Shown: positions 1 to 9,604 of the stretch, one piece after another
How the letters are laid out: each line of letters starts with the position of its first letter
How positions within the stretch are numbered: position 1 is the stretch's first letter
NCBI GenBank assembly: GCA_028688055.1
Contig: JAQTYZ010000001.1
Span: 242,910-306,909, forward strand
Reading direction: 5' to 3'
Origin: Patescibacteria group bacterium
Lineage (GTDB): Bacteria > Patescibacteriota > Patescibacteriia > Buchananbacterales > UBA6539
DNA length: 64,000 nt
Notes under the pieces: model-generated
Seen by the model: only the letters and a program-made list of their open reading frames with translations
The model's database searches: none
Told to the model about the DNA's origin: nothing
Position numbers and translations under genes: made by a program

Positions 1-998
1 ACCGCCTCACCTCTAATATCGAAACCGCCCAAGCCACGATTGATTTTTTCGCCAGCCTCAATAATTCTTTTAGTGATTGAAGCGACTTGAACGGTCGGAT
101 TTTGTCCATTATTAAAATTATAGTTGTTGGTGCCATTTAAGATTCTTAAAATAGTCTTGGGAATTTCCAGATGGCACAGGTGAAAGGGTTTAGTAATGAC
201 ATAGTATGGCCCTGGCCCGAGCTTAAGATATTCCAAGTAAGGTTTTTGTTCACAATCATGAGTGGCAACAATAAAGATACCAGCTGGACCGGTTGGGCAT
301 AGAACGTAGTCGCTAATTATTTTTTTCATCCCCGCCGCGATTTCCGCTAACCGATTGGCTCCGTCTTCAATATTGGCGCAGTTAATACCCGATAAATTTC
401 GGCAGGCGATGGTGGCCTTTAAGGCATTGGCGACCAGGGCCTGCTCAATCTGCAATTTTGTGCCGTCGGTAAAAGCCGTTACTTGAGTTAATGAGATACC
501 TTGTCTTTTAGACCAGTATGCCATTTCTTCAGGCGTTGGGTTGATGTTCAAAAATCTTTTAATATTGCCAAAGACTAACGGTTTAAAACCCATCGCTTTG
601 ACTTCTTCATTCAAAACCGCGAGTGATCCGGGTTGATCGCCTTCAGCTTCAACAAATTTTCCGAGACGACTTAACACTGTCCCCGAAACAATTTGTAGTT
701 CCGAGTTCATTGTCACTACCGGCAGTCCGGCTCGCAGGACTTTTTCGACTGTGGCAGTGCCATGAATGACGTCCCCGCTGCACTCAACCACTAAGTCGCT
801 ATTATCAATTACCGTTTGGATATCAGCAGTAAATTTAACGCCCCTTAATGATTCATCGCTAATCTCGTCAAACTGGCGGCGGGTTAAGACGTAGCTTACT
901 TCCAACTCGTGATAGTGGTTGAGGGCTAAAATTAAACCGCGCCCGATAAAGCCAGTTCCAATGACGCCAACTTGAAATTTTCGTCCCTGAGAATTCAT
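1..998 (-). CDS. NAD(P)-binding oxidoreductase with C-terminal SAF domain (homoserine-dehydrogenase-like, COG4091-type); 3' end runs off the window
   Basis: Hand translation of the reverse strand from ATG (rc) at 996-998: MNSQGRKFQVGVIGTGFIGRG... (Rossmann GxGxxG), C-terminal SAF-like ...GEKINRGLGGFDIRGEA. No stop before the window edge. Only 1 nt from the stop of the upstream giant GT gene, so likely operonic. Not in the ORF track because it is truncated. Confidence 0.55.
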   Translation of the reverse strand, partial: MNSQGRKFQVGVIGTGFIGRGLILALNHYHELEVSYVLTRRQFDEISDESLRGVKFTADIQTVIDNSDLVVECSGDVIHGTATVEKVLRAGLPVVTMNSELQIVSGTVLSRLGKFVEAEGDQPGSLAVLNEEVKAMGFKPLVFGNIKRFLNINPTPEEMAYWSKRQGISLTQVTAFTDGTKLQIEQALVANALKATIACRNLSGINCANIEDGANRLAEIAAGMKKIISDYVLCPTGPAGIFIVATHDCEQKPYLEYLKLGPGPYYVITKPFHLCHLEIPKTILRILNGTNNYNFNNGQNPTVQVASITKRIIEAGEKINRGLGGFDIRGEA

Positions 999-999
999 A

Positions 1000-3900
1000 T
1001 TATTTATTTATAATCGCCAGAAAATTATTGCTAGTTTTTATCCAATCAAATTTGTTGGCCCAGTCCAAGCATTGAACCATCATTGAATGGCGTAGTTTTT
1101 CGTTGATTATCAGCTCGACCATTTTATCGGCAAATTCTTGGCGGTTGCCATATTCAACTAAGTAACCGGTATGAGGATTACTAACCGAGTCACGTAAGCC
1201 CGGAACGTCAGACGCAATCACCGGCGTGGCGCAGGCGTTGGCTTCAATCGTCGTGATACCCCAGCCTTCCATAAAAGACGGATTAACTAAAACCCAAGCT
1301 TTTTGCAGGAGGCTGATTTTTTGTTGCTCATTAACTTTTCCGGTAAAAGAAACTTTGTCTGACAAATTTAAATTGGTCATCAATTTTTTAAGCTTGTAAT
1401 CTTCCTCACCGCTACCGGCAATGACTAATTTAGCATTCGGAATTTTTTCACTAACAATCTTAAACGCTTCCAGCAAAACATTAATTGATTTATATGCTTT
1501 TAACCGACCGAGATATAAAATTTCCGGGTAAACGCTTTTTTGGCCCGGTTTTAAATCATTAAGATGAACACCTGGATGGACAATCTCAATGCCTGCTTGG
1601 CCAAGACCCAATTCCATTATTTCTTCTTTGCTTGAATTAGAAACGGTGATAAACGGAATTTTTCGGTAAACCAAAGGCATTAAATCTTTTTCCAAAAAAC
1701 TGGCAATTATGGCTAACGGCTTAGCAAGCGATTGACGAAAAACTTCTTGATGAACGTGATGCATTAGGCAATATATTTTTTTTCTTGAATAGAGCGGTGT
1801 AAAAAACGGAATGCCATTTTGACAATCAATAATAACATCATAGTGGCCGCGGAAGCGCAAGCTGTAATAAATAAACGCCCAGAAATAAACAAAATAAAAT
1901 CCACCGCGGCGAATAATTTGTACTCCGTCAACCATTTCATTTCTTAGACACGTTGTATCGTTGCCGCAAAAAATGGTGACATAATGTCCTTGCTTGAGCC
2001 ATTGCTTGGCCATCTCTTGAATATAGGCCTCAGCCCCGCCAGCGAATTTATGTTTAGTATCACGCCAATTAAAAATAAGAATTTTTTTGGTATTGGCATT
2101 GTCAGCAATTGTCGGCAGATTGGCAAATACGCCGAGGAAGTCAATCAGGTTATTTTTAATTGAACCATAGAGGTATTCATAACGATTAAGCCAGGAAATT
2201 GATATTAAGCTCAGCGCGCTAGTTATAAAAATAACGCCGGTTATTTGATAAATATTTTGATGATAGATGATAATACCCAGCGACATCATTACGGAAAAAA
2301 TTAAAGACGCGCCGGCGAAGAAATAATTTTTTTTCGCCAAGTGGTATGAGACATAAACATTGCTAAGGGTAAACATGGCAATCGCCGGCAAATAGATATT
2401 TAAGTATGGCAGCACCACCAATGACTTCGCACCAAAAATAAACGGTATCACCAATCGGCCGAGGGTTAACAAACCAATTGAGCCAAAGCCGACTAAAACG
2501 GCGGTTGCAGCTAAAATAATTCTTAGTTTGTTTTCGGAGTTTTTATTTAAGCCGACGTCGCGACTAACCAGAGTTGTGATGAAAATACTCGGTAGGGCCC
2601 CAAAAAAGAAAACCATTTTTCCAATCAGTGCGAGTAGGGAATACTCGCCAGCAATTTGCGGTGATAAATAATGCTTAACCAAGATGATGTCAAAACTCAA
2701 AAAGACGATGGCGGAAATACCGGCGAACAGTGAAGCGGTATAGAATTTTACCGGGAATTCGATGATGGCGGCTGGTTCCGCTTTAAGGTTTAGTCTATTT
2801 TTGACTAAATAGACTGAGGCTGTCGCCGAAACAATGATTGAAAATGGAATTGAGATAAAGGCAAATTGCCCCAACCCAGCATAGACCAAAACAAACGCCG
2901 CTATCAATTTGCTTACGGACTCGGTCAAAATAATAAGCGCAACGGTTTTAAAATAGAGCGTTCCATTAAGGTAACCTTGGTTAGCAGCAGCAATGACACC
3001 GCCAATTAAAATTGGGGTAAATAACAACAGCGAAAGATAATTTGGCAGCTTAAAAAATATGGTTAAAGTTGGAATAGCTAAGAGCCAAGCCGCCGAGATG
3101 ACAACGGTGGCAATCGCGCCGCGCTTAATAATTTTTTTTAAAAAATTAACACTAGCTTGTTCGCCGACCGCCGTCGACAAGTAAGCGGTTCGGTAATTGA
3201 CTGTTGATGATAAAGCGCCAATAAATATTCCGGCAATAAACCACAGCGTGTTAATGAAAGTAATAAGTCCCAGATTTTCAAAAGTCAAAGCGCGCCCAAG
3301 AAAAGCGTTATATAACAAGTTTAAAACATTTGAAATCATCATCGCCGCCAAAAGTATTCCGCCGCTGGTTAAATTATCCAACTTAATTTTGTAAGGTATC
3401 TTTTCAGCGATGATATTTTGTACTAGCTTAGACGTTGAAGCAAAAAATGACAGCGGTGAACGCTTGCGTAAGTTGGGGCCATTATTATCCCAGCTCCAAT
3501 AATAATCCACCGTTGAGTATGGTAGTCGATCAGTAATCGACTGAAGATCTTGAGGGGTAGTTGATTCTGCCGGCGCTGACGGGATAATGATTTTAAAAAT
3601 TAATAAGCCAAATGATTTTGCCTTAGCTTTGGCAGCTTGGATAAATTCATAGGCCGAATGTTTTTTAATATGCAAACCGTTGTCATCCCAAGACCATTGG
3701 TAGGAACTTAGTCGGTACGAAATTGAACGATACAAATTAGTAACATTATTTTCAATTTTTTGAGTTGTCGCATTACCTTGAGGAATAAACTCGCCAAAAA
3801 ACTGCCAGGTTTTTTGAGCTGTTTGGATTAAGGGTGCCAAAAAAAATTCGCTTGGTTTTATTTTTAGGTGTAAACCGTGATGAGTTTTTTCCCAATAGTG

Positions 3901-6000
3901 AGGCTTAACAATTAATTGGTATAAGGCAAAGTATGAAGCAATACTAGTCATCAGCCAATAAAATGGCACCAAATAAATATATTTCATCAGTGACCAATGA
4001 TTTTTTCTAGCGCAACCAATCATGTAGTAATATAAAAACAAAAAGTTACCGAAGACTAAAGAAGTAGCCGCCATAAAGAAAATTAGCGGTGGAAATAATT
4101 GTTCAATCGTCGGACCAACAATCGAGTATAAAGTAAAATAGGCAATGGTGGCGAGCCATAAAAAAGGATTAATCATGGCAAAGGCAATTTTGCCGCCGAC
4201 CACCAGTTGAAAAATAATTGCATGAACCCCGTTGTAACGAAACAGTTTTAGCGGATGGCGCATATGAACCAAGTAGGTCTGCATATAACCTTTCATCCAA
4301 CGCGATCGCTGACGGAGCCAATTTTTGGCGTGACTATTGGCCTCTTCAAGTGTCGTGGAATCAATAATGGCGGTTTTATAATTTTTTCTAAACAGTCTAA
4401 TGCCTAAATCGCAATCTTCGGTGACATTAAACGGATCCCAACCTTCGAGTTCAACTAAGCTGGCCGTTTTAAAATGATTACTGGTCCCACCGAGGGGAAT
4501 GTAAGTATTTAATGATTGCAAGCCCGTTAAGGTAACATCAAACCATAATGAATATTCGGCGGTAAAAAAGCGCGTCAGTAAATTCTGATGTGGGTTGTGA
4601 TAATTTAATTTTGCCTGTAGACAAGCCACGTCGGGCGCGACTCGCTGGAAGCCAAGATACGCTTTTTTAAGTTGAAGTGGGTCGGGAATATCTTCGGCAT
4701 CATAAATAACTAAATATTCCCCGCGGGCAAAACCTAGGCCATAGTTGCAGGCTTTTGGTTTGGTCTTGGGAAAAGAGTCGGGTACCACTATGGCCCTGAC
4801 GTAGTCGGGCAAATCAAGTTTGGTCGCCATTTCGACGGTGACCTGATCGTCTTCTTCCAATAGCAGCAAAACATCTAAACGATTTTTTGGCCAATCAATT
4901 TTTTTGATAGCTGACAAAAAACTAGGCAACACCTCAGCTTCTTTATACAGCGGACATAAAATTGAATAAACCGGCAAGCTGTTATCATCAAGTAATTTAA
5001 CGTCAGAATTTTTAATTTTAATTTCGGGTGAGTTTTTTAAACTTTTTGTAACAAGATAAAAATTAAATAACACGTCAATAAAATAAACGGCACTCATCAG
5101 GGCGGTAATGATAATGGCGGTGGTCATCGGATTATTGTATAAACCAGCGCTAATCAACAAGATAACGAAAAAAATAAATATTTTTTGCCAGCGGGCAAAA
5201 GTTTGAATGGCGGAAGTTTCTTGCTTCAAAGTGGTGTGAGTAATAAATCTTTTTTTTCTGAAGGCAACCCCGGCGCCAATCATTTTTAATTCAGGAATAA
5301 TTTCAAGAATCTGATTCGGCGTCAACTTGAGTTTAAGCGCGTTAAGGCCGATCTCGTAAGCAACTTTTAAAATTTTAACTTTCGATTGTCCACTTCGGCG
5401 ATTCTCAAACATAATGTCCACTTCGGCGATGCGATAGCCGTAGTGCCTTGATTTTAAAAGAAATTCTAGGTCAAAAGTCCAGGGTGTCGGAGAAACTTTA
5501 ACTTCGTTGAGAATTTTAGTTTTAAATATTTTAAATCCGGATTGAACATCGCAACCCAAGCCGTGTAACCATTTGGCGAATAGTAAATTAAAAACACGGC
5601 TCGCGAGCCGTCGTTTAAAGGATAATTTACTTTCGTTTCGTTTGGCGACCACAATGTCAAAACCCTTTTCAATTTTTTTTAACATTTGTGGCAAGGCTTC
5701 GGGCGGATATTGCAAGTCGCCGTCGATAAAGCCAATCAGATTATATTTAGCCTTGGCAAAACCTTCAAGTAGCGATTGCGCCTTACCCCGTTTACCTTTT
5801 TTTTCATACAGTGAAATCGGAAAAAAATTAGCAAGCTCTCTAACTTTGTCTCTGGTACCATCAGTTGAATGGTCATCAATAAAAATAAGCTCATAGTCTG
5901 CCGTGCCAGTCAGAGCTTGGTCGATGCGATTGATTAACTCAGCAATATTTCCCGCTTCATTTAGAACAGGGATAATGACTGATAGTCTGTTACGATTCAT
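1000..6000 (-). CDS. 1666-aa multidomain glycan-assembly fusion protein: GT2 (DPM1-like) + GT2 processive synthase-like (QxxRW) + Wzx-like polysaccharide flippase membrane domain + GT4
   Basis: Uninterrupted 5-kb ORF in AT-rich DNA. N-terminal SVIIPVLNE...FIDDHSTDGT (GT2, dolichol-P-mannose synthase-like). Second GT2 with DAEDIP and RQRSRWMKG (QxxRW processive synthase motif). W-rich duplicated linker (SYQWSWDDNGLHIKKHS / DYYWSWDNNGPNLRKRS). About 12-TM Wzx/MOP-like region. C-terminal GT4 (EGWGITTIEANACATPVIASDVPG). Confidence 0.85.
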   Translation of the reverse strand: MNRNRLSVIIPVLNEAGNIAELINRIDQALTGTADYELIFIDDHSTDGTRDKVRELANFFPISLYEKKGKRGKAQSLLEGFAKAKYNLIGFIDGDLQYPPEALPQMLKKIEKGFDIVVAKRNESKLSFKRRLASRVFNLLFAKWLHGLGCDVQSGFKIFKTKILNEVKVSPTPWTFDLEFLLKSRHYGYRIAEVDIMFENRRSGQSKVKILKVAYEIGLNALKLKLTPNQILEIIPELKMIGAGVAFRKKRFITHTTLKQETSAIQTFARWQKIFIFFVILLISAGLYNNPMTTAIIITALMSAVYFIDVLFNFYLVTKSLKNSPEIKIKNSDVKLLDDNSLPVYSILCPLYKEAEVLPSFLSAIKKIDWPKNRLDVLLLLEEDDQVTVEMATKLDLPDYVRAIVVPDSFPKTKPKACNYGLGFARGEYLVIYDAEDIPDPLQLKKAYLGFQRVAPDVACLQAKLNYHNPHQNLLTRFFTAEYSLWFDVTLTGLQSLNTYIPLGGTSNHFKTASLVELEGWDPFNVTEDCDLGIRLFRKNYKTAIIDSTTLEEANSHAKNWLRQRSRWMKGYMQTYLVHMRHPLKLFRYNGVHAIIFQLVVGGKIAFAMINPFLWLATIAYFTLYSIVGPTIEQLFPPLIFFMAATSLVFGNFLFLYYYMIGCARKNHWSLMKYIYLVPFYWLMTSIASYFALYQLIVKPHYWEKTHHGLHLKIKPSEFFLAPLIQTAQKTWQFFGEFIPQGNATTQKIENNVTNLYRSISYRLSSYQWSWDDNGLHIKKHSAYEFIQAAKAKAKSFGLLIFKIIIPSAPAESTTPQDLQSITDRLPYSTVDYYWSWDNNGPNLRKRSPLSFFASTSKLVQNIIAEKIPYKIKLDNLTSGGILLAAMMISNVLNLLYNAFLGRALTFENLGLITFINTLWFIAGIFIGALSSTVNYRTAYLSTAVGEQASVNFLKKIIKRGAIATVVISAAWLLAIPTLTIFFKLPNYLSLLLFTPILIGGVIAAANQGYLNGTLYFKTVALIILTESVSKLIAAFVLVYAGLGQFAFISIPFSIIVSATASVYLVKNRLNLKAEPAAIIEFPVKFYTASLFAGISAIVFLSFDIILVKHYLSPQIAGEYSLLALIGKMVFFFGALPSIFITTLVSRDVGLNKNSENKLRIILAATAVLVGFGSIGLLTLGRLVIPFIFGAKSLVVLPYLNIYLPAIAMFTLSNVYVSYHLAKKNYFFAGASLIFSVMMSLGIIIYHQNIYQITGVIFITSALSLISISWLNRYEYLYGSIKNNLIDFLGVFANLPTIADNANTKKILIFNWRDTKHKFAGGAEAYIQEMAKQWLKQGHYVTIFCGNDTTCLRNEMVDGVQIIRRGGFYFVYFWAFIYYSLRFRGHYDVIIDCQNGIPFFTPLYSRKKIYCLMHHVHQEVFRQSLAKPLAIIASFLEKDLMPLVYRKIPFITVSNSSKEEIMELGLGQAGIEIVHPGVHLNDLKPGQKSVYPEILYLGRLKAYKSINVLLEAFKIVSEKIPNAKLVIAGSGEEDYKLKKLMTNLNLSDKVSFTGKVNEQQKISLLQKAWVLVNPSFMEGWGITTIEANACATPVIASDVPGLRDSVSNPHTGYLVEYGNRQEFADKMVELIINEKLRHSMMVQCLDWANKFDWIKTSNNFLAIINK

Positions 6001-6389
6001 TATTATTTAGCAAAAAAACGTATGAATAAATCTACTGATTTTAAGTAAGTAAGCCTATAATTTTTACATTAATATTGCAGTTTTGTCAAGTATTTCAATA
6101 TAACAATTTGTATGACGAAGTATGATTTATTATTAGAATAAATTTTGCTAATTTTAGCAAATTTGCAAAAAAGTGGTTTTTGTGACATTGCTGTTGAAAA
6201 TTTTCTCTCGCTATGCTAAGGTTTCAGGACGGCTAAAATTAGCCAGATCAATGCAAGGACCGCCTCTTGCGGCTCCTTTAACAATAAACTCAACCGGAAA
6301 ATATATAGGAGGGAAGTGGAAGTAAAACGCCTTTTGTCGAGTACGAAACGATGAACCGGGCGAATGCCCAAAACTAGGAGTGTCCAAAG

Positions 6390-7781
6390 ATGAGAATCGT
6401 TCGTAGTGCCACCTTGCTTGCCTTGGTTATCGGCCTGGCAGGTTGCCCGCCGGTCCACCCGATATTCATTTGGGGTGCCGGCCTCTTCGCGACCGACGGC
6501 GGTTGCGAAAACAACTTTTCCGTTTTCGTTACGAACAACAATGCGGCCGAGGCGAGTTTCCAGCTTTGGCAGCAAAACAGCCAAGGTCAGTGGCTCCCGA
6601 CTCAGGACCAGCATAAGGTCCAGTTCGGTCCGGTCGAAAACGTGACACTGTATCGTGTCGACGCGACGTACCAGGGCCAGGACGTGTTCTACTGGAATGG
6701 TGCGTACATTTATTCGCCGTATGGCTATCCTTACCATTACAAGTCAAACGACAAGGACGCCAATGGCGAGAAAGTGTTGCCGGGCTATTACCCCTGGAAT
6801 TACGTGCCTTGGGGCTGGGTGCAGTCGCACGGCGTGTACGGCCATACGACCGAGACAGTTGAAGTCTCGCACATGGATATCATCCATAGTGAAGGTTTCG
6901 ACCTCTACTCGGTTTTTCCCAATCTATCGTCCAGCCCGTACCGAGTCAAAATCACTGGCGTCGATACGGACGGCAAGGCTTTTGTGGCCGCGACCACCGA
7001 TGTTTATTCGGTGGTCGACGATTGCACCGCCAATGGTGGCCCCTGTGGAACACCGAGTCTGCGCATCGACCGTACGCCGCTGTTTGGCGATAACAACGGT
7101 GTCGTCAGCGGCACTGTCTGTCTCGAAAACCCAGTCGGTTGGACCGTGGGCGTTTATGCTCACGTTACCAACGTGTGGCCGGATCCGTACAATCTCATCG
7201 GCGTCGTGCCAATCAACGCGAGTGGTAATTGGACGCAGCAAGGCGTCCAGACTGCGGACGACAAGTTCGCGATCGAATTCTTCGCGTCACTGGCGCCAAC
7301 TGGTACCGTTTACCCCTCGACTTCGCAGGGCATTCCCCAAATTGCGGGGCAGGTTGATTCCGATGTGAAACAACGGACACCGTTTGTGGTGTTTGTCGGC
7401 AACCCCTCTGTCTCGGGTGGCGCTGAGTGCCAGACGAATTATTTCCCAGCGCTATTCGGCGCGATTGCGTACGTCCAACAGGCGAACGGTAACGTTCACC
7501 AGCAGCCGATGTACAGTCCGCCGTCCGCGAGCACGTTGGTATCATTGATACCGGATGCGGGTGGGGCTTTCTGCACCTTCCACATCGCCCTTAACCAGGT
7601 CGCCGCCGGGTCAAGCTACGACCCCGGACAAGCGGCCACGGTCAAGGTGCAGGTCATCCCTCAGGGATACAATTACGTCAAAACGGAGACGGGCATAACG
7701 GTTGACAACCTCAACCTCAACCTGACTCCAGAGGGAGTGGCCGGACGAGGAGCCGATGTCGCCGCCACCTTAGCCCCGTAG
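6390..7781 (+). CDS. Secreted lipoprotein of unknown function, encoded in a high-GC island (atypical codon usage)
   Basis: AGGAG RBS 9 nt upstream. Signal peptide with lipobox LALVIGLAG-C. Trp/Tyr/Gly-rich mature part. GC and GC3 far above flanks. The overlapping ORFs in other frames (6216-6737-, 6655-7368+ etc.) are high-GC artefacts. Confidence 0.7.
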   Translation: MRIVRSATLLALVIGLAGCPPVHPIFIWGAGLFATDGGCENNFSVFVTNNNAAEASFQLWQQNSQGQWLPTQDQHKVQFGPVENVTLYRVDATYQGQDVFYWNGAYIYSPYGYPYHYKSNDKDANGEKVLPGYYPWNYVPWGWVQSHGVYGHTTETVEVSHMDIIHSEGFDLYSVFPNLSSSPYRVKITGVDTDGKAFVAATTDVYSVVDDCTANGGPCGTPSLRIDRTPLFGDNNGVVSGTVCLENPVGWTVGVYAHVTNVWPDPYNLIGVVPINASGNWTQQGVQTADDKFAIEFFASLAPTGTVYPSTSQGIPQIAGQVDSDVKQRTPFVVFVGNPSVSGGAECQTNYFPALFGAIAYVQQANGNVHQQPMYSPPSASTLVSLIPDAGGAFCTFHIALNQVAAGSSYDPGQAATVKVQVIPQGYNYVKTETGITVDNLNLNLTPEGVAGRGADVAATLAP

Positions 7782-7906
7782 CTTTTCGGGAAGAGTAACA
7801 CCGCTCGTCGGGAGCTTTGACTGTGGTACGCTGCAGTTAGGGTTCTCGGCGAGTCTTTTTTTACTTGATTTTAATCTAAAAAAAGCATATAATATTATAG
7901 TAATAT

Positions 7907-9601
7907 TTGGTTATGAAAAAACTTTTTAAATCTAAAATTCTGTGGTCGGTGGTCCTAATTCTAATTATCGGCGGCGTTTTTGCTTATCGATACTTTAATA
8001 AGCCTAAAACGGTTGAATATGTCACCGAGGATGTTAGGCGCGGTAATCTTACCCAAACCATTGATGCAACCGGTAAAGTTAAATCAGCGACCGAAATTGA
8101 CTTAAACTTTAAAAATGCCGGTCGACTGGCAACGGTAAATGTTAAAGTTGGCGATCAAATTAAGGAAGGCCAAATTTTAGCTCAGATTAAAGCCACTGAT
8201 TTGAAAATTAATGTTAATAAAGCGCAGGCTAACTTAAATGAAGCCCTGGCCAATTTAGCCAAGGTCGAAACCGGCGCCACTAAACAAGACATTGCTGTTT
8301 ATCAGGCTGCCGTTGAAAAGGCAAGCAGTGATTTAGACAGTGCCCAATCCGATTTATCGAATATAACCGAAACCTATACTCAGGCTGTGGTTAACCAAAG
8401 GCAAAATATTTTGGTTGATATTAATTCGACTTTGACTAAGGCAAATATTTCTTTACAAACTCTTTATGACACGATTTATTATAAAGGTGATGCCAATAAT
8501 TTAGTTACTTCAAATCAATCGTTATATCAACAAACGGTTAACGGATATTCATTGTCAATTAACAAACTTGATGATGCCGAACTTAGTTATAATATTGCCA
8601 AACTTAACCCAACTGATGATAAAATTAGTGATGCGATTGCAAAAAGTTTAACGGCGCTCGGTCAGGTGTCACAAACCTTAAATGATGGGGGAGCCTTGTT
8701 GGATTATGTAATTATTACTTCATCACTAACTCAGGCCAACTTAGATAGTTTAAAGTTGAATATAAATTCCGAGCGGGTAACAACTAACACGAGTCTTAAT
8801 ACGATCGAGACCGGTAAGCAAGCGTTAAACGATGCGAGTATCACTTTGCAAACAAAAGTGGACTCGGCTAAAAATGCGGTTACCGCGGCTGAAAAAAATT
8901 TAGCTAAGGCTAATGCCGATTTGTCGCTCAAATCAGCACCGGCCAGACCGGAGGATTTGACACTTTATCAGGCCCAGGTTGCGCGCGCGCACGGCGACTT
9001 GCAATTAGCTTTGGACCAATATAGCGACACAATTATTAAAGCCCCGATTGACGGAGTGATTACCGAAGTTAATTTCAGTGTTGGTGAACAAACCAATTTG
9101 AGTCAGCCTGCCATTGTGATGTTGGCCAATGAGGCTTTTGAAATTGAAGTAAATGTTCCGGAGTCTGATATTGTTAAAATAACCAGGGGTGATAATGCTG
9201 AAATCACTTTAGACGCATTTACCGATGCCGATATTTTTGACGGCGTCATCACCACCATTGATCCGGCTCAAACCGAAATTCAAGATGTTATTTATTATAA
9301 AGTTACGGTTGGTTTTCGTCCGGAGCAACCAGCTAAGGTTAAGAATTTAGTGGAAAGAATTAAGCCGGGGATGACTGCTAATTTAACGGTGAAAACCGGT
9401 GAGATCAATGACATTTTGATTATTCCAGCGCGAGCCGTCAAGGAGGAAAATGGCCAAAAATATGTTGAAATACTTGCTAACGGCACACCACAGCGAATAA
9501 ATATTACCATCGGACTTCGTGGCGACGATGGTTTAGTTGAAGTTACGTCTGGTTTAAGTGAAGGTCAAAAAGTCATTACCTTTGTTCGCAATCAGGGTTA
9601 G
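7907..9601 (+). CDS. HlyD-family periplasmic adaptor / membrane fusion protein with long coiled coil
   Basis: N-terminal TM, extended alpha-helical coiled-coil region, C-terminal beta-barrel/lipoyl-like segment (IKAPIDGVITEVNFSVGEQ), typical of efflux/secretion MFPs. Confidence 0.6.
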   Translation: MVMKKLFKSKILWSVVLILIIGGVFAYRYFNKPKTVEYVTEDVRRGNLTQTIDATGKVKSATEIDLNFKNAGRLATVNVKVGDQIKEGQILAQIKATDLKINVNKAQANLNEALANLAKVETGATKQDIAVYQAAVEKASSDLDSAQSDLSNITETYTQAVVNQRQNILVDINSTLTKANISLQTLYDTIYYKGDANNLVTSNQSLYQQTVNGYSLSINKLDDAELSYNIAKLNPTDDKISDAIAKSLTALGQVSQTLNDGGALLDYVIITSSLTQANLDSLKLNINSERVTTNTSLNTIETGKQALNDASITLQTKVDSAKNAVTAAEKNLAKANADLSLKSAPARPEDLTLYQAQVARAHGDLQLALDQYSDTIIKAPIDGVITEVNFSVGEQTNLSQPAIVMLANEAFEIEVNVPESDIVKITRGDNAEITLDAFTDADIFDGVITTIDPAQTEIQDVIYYKVTVGFRPEQPAKVKNLVERIKPGMTANLTVKTGEINDILIIPARAVKEENGQKYVEILANGTPQRINITIGLRGDDGLVEVTSGLSEGQKVITFVRNQG

Positions 9602-9604
9602 TTT

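Noticed and set aside
1944-5896. Small ORFs inside or antisense to the giant GT gene (1944-2144-, 3197-3394+, 5466-5672-, 5573-5896+)
   Set aside because: Nested in a clearly coding 5-kb frame with strong domain content; judged as chance ORFs.
6216-7545. Multiple long ORFs in other frames and on the minus strand over island 1 (6216-6737-, 6406-6645+, 6529-6747-, 6655-7368+, 6924-7241-, 7213-7545-)
   Set aside because: Open frames in all six phases are the expected artefact of high-GC DNA. They are Arg/Ser/Thr/Pro-rich and have no RBS; only the 463-aa lipoprotein frame has a start context, signal peptide and length.
6200-7860. Possibility that the high-GC segments are contaminant contigs mis-joined into this scaffold
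   Set aside because: Each island is short, encodes exactly one complete gene, and is bounded by native AT-rich intergenic DNA with promoter/terminator structure, which is not what a chimeric join looks like. It cannot be excluded without reads, so it is kept as a caveat in the findings.
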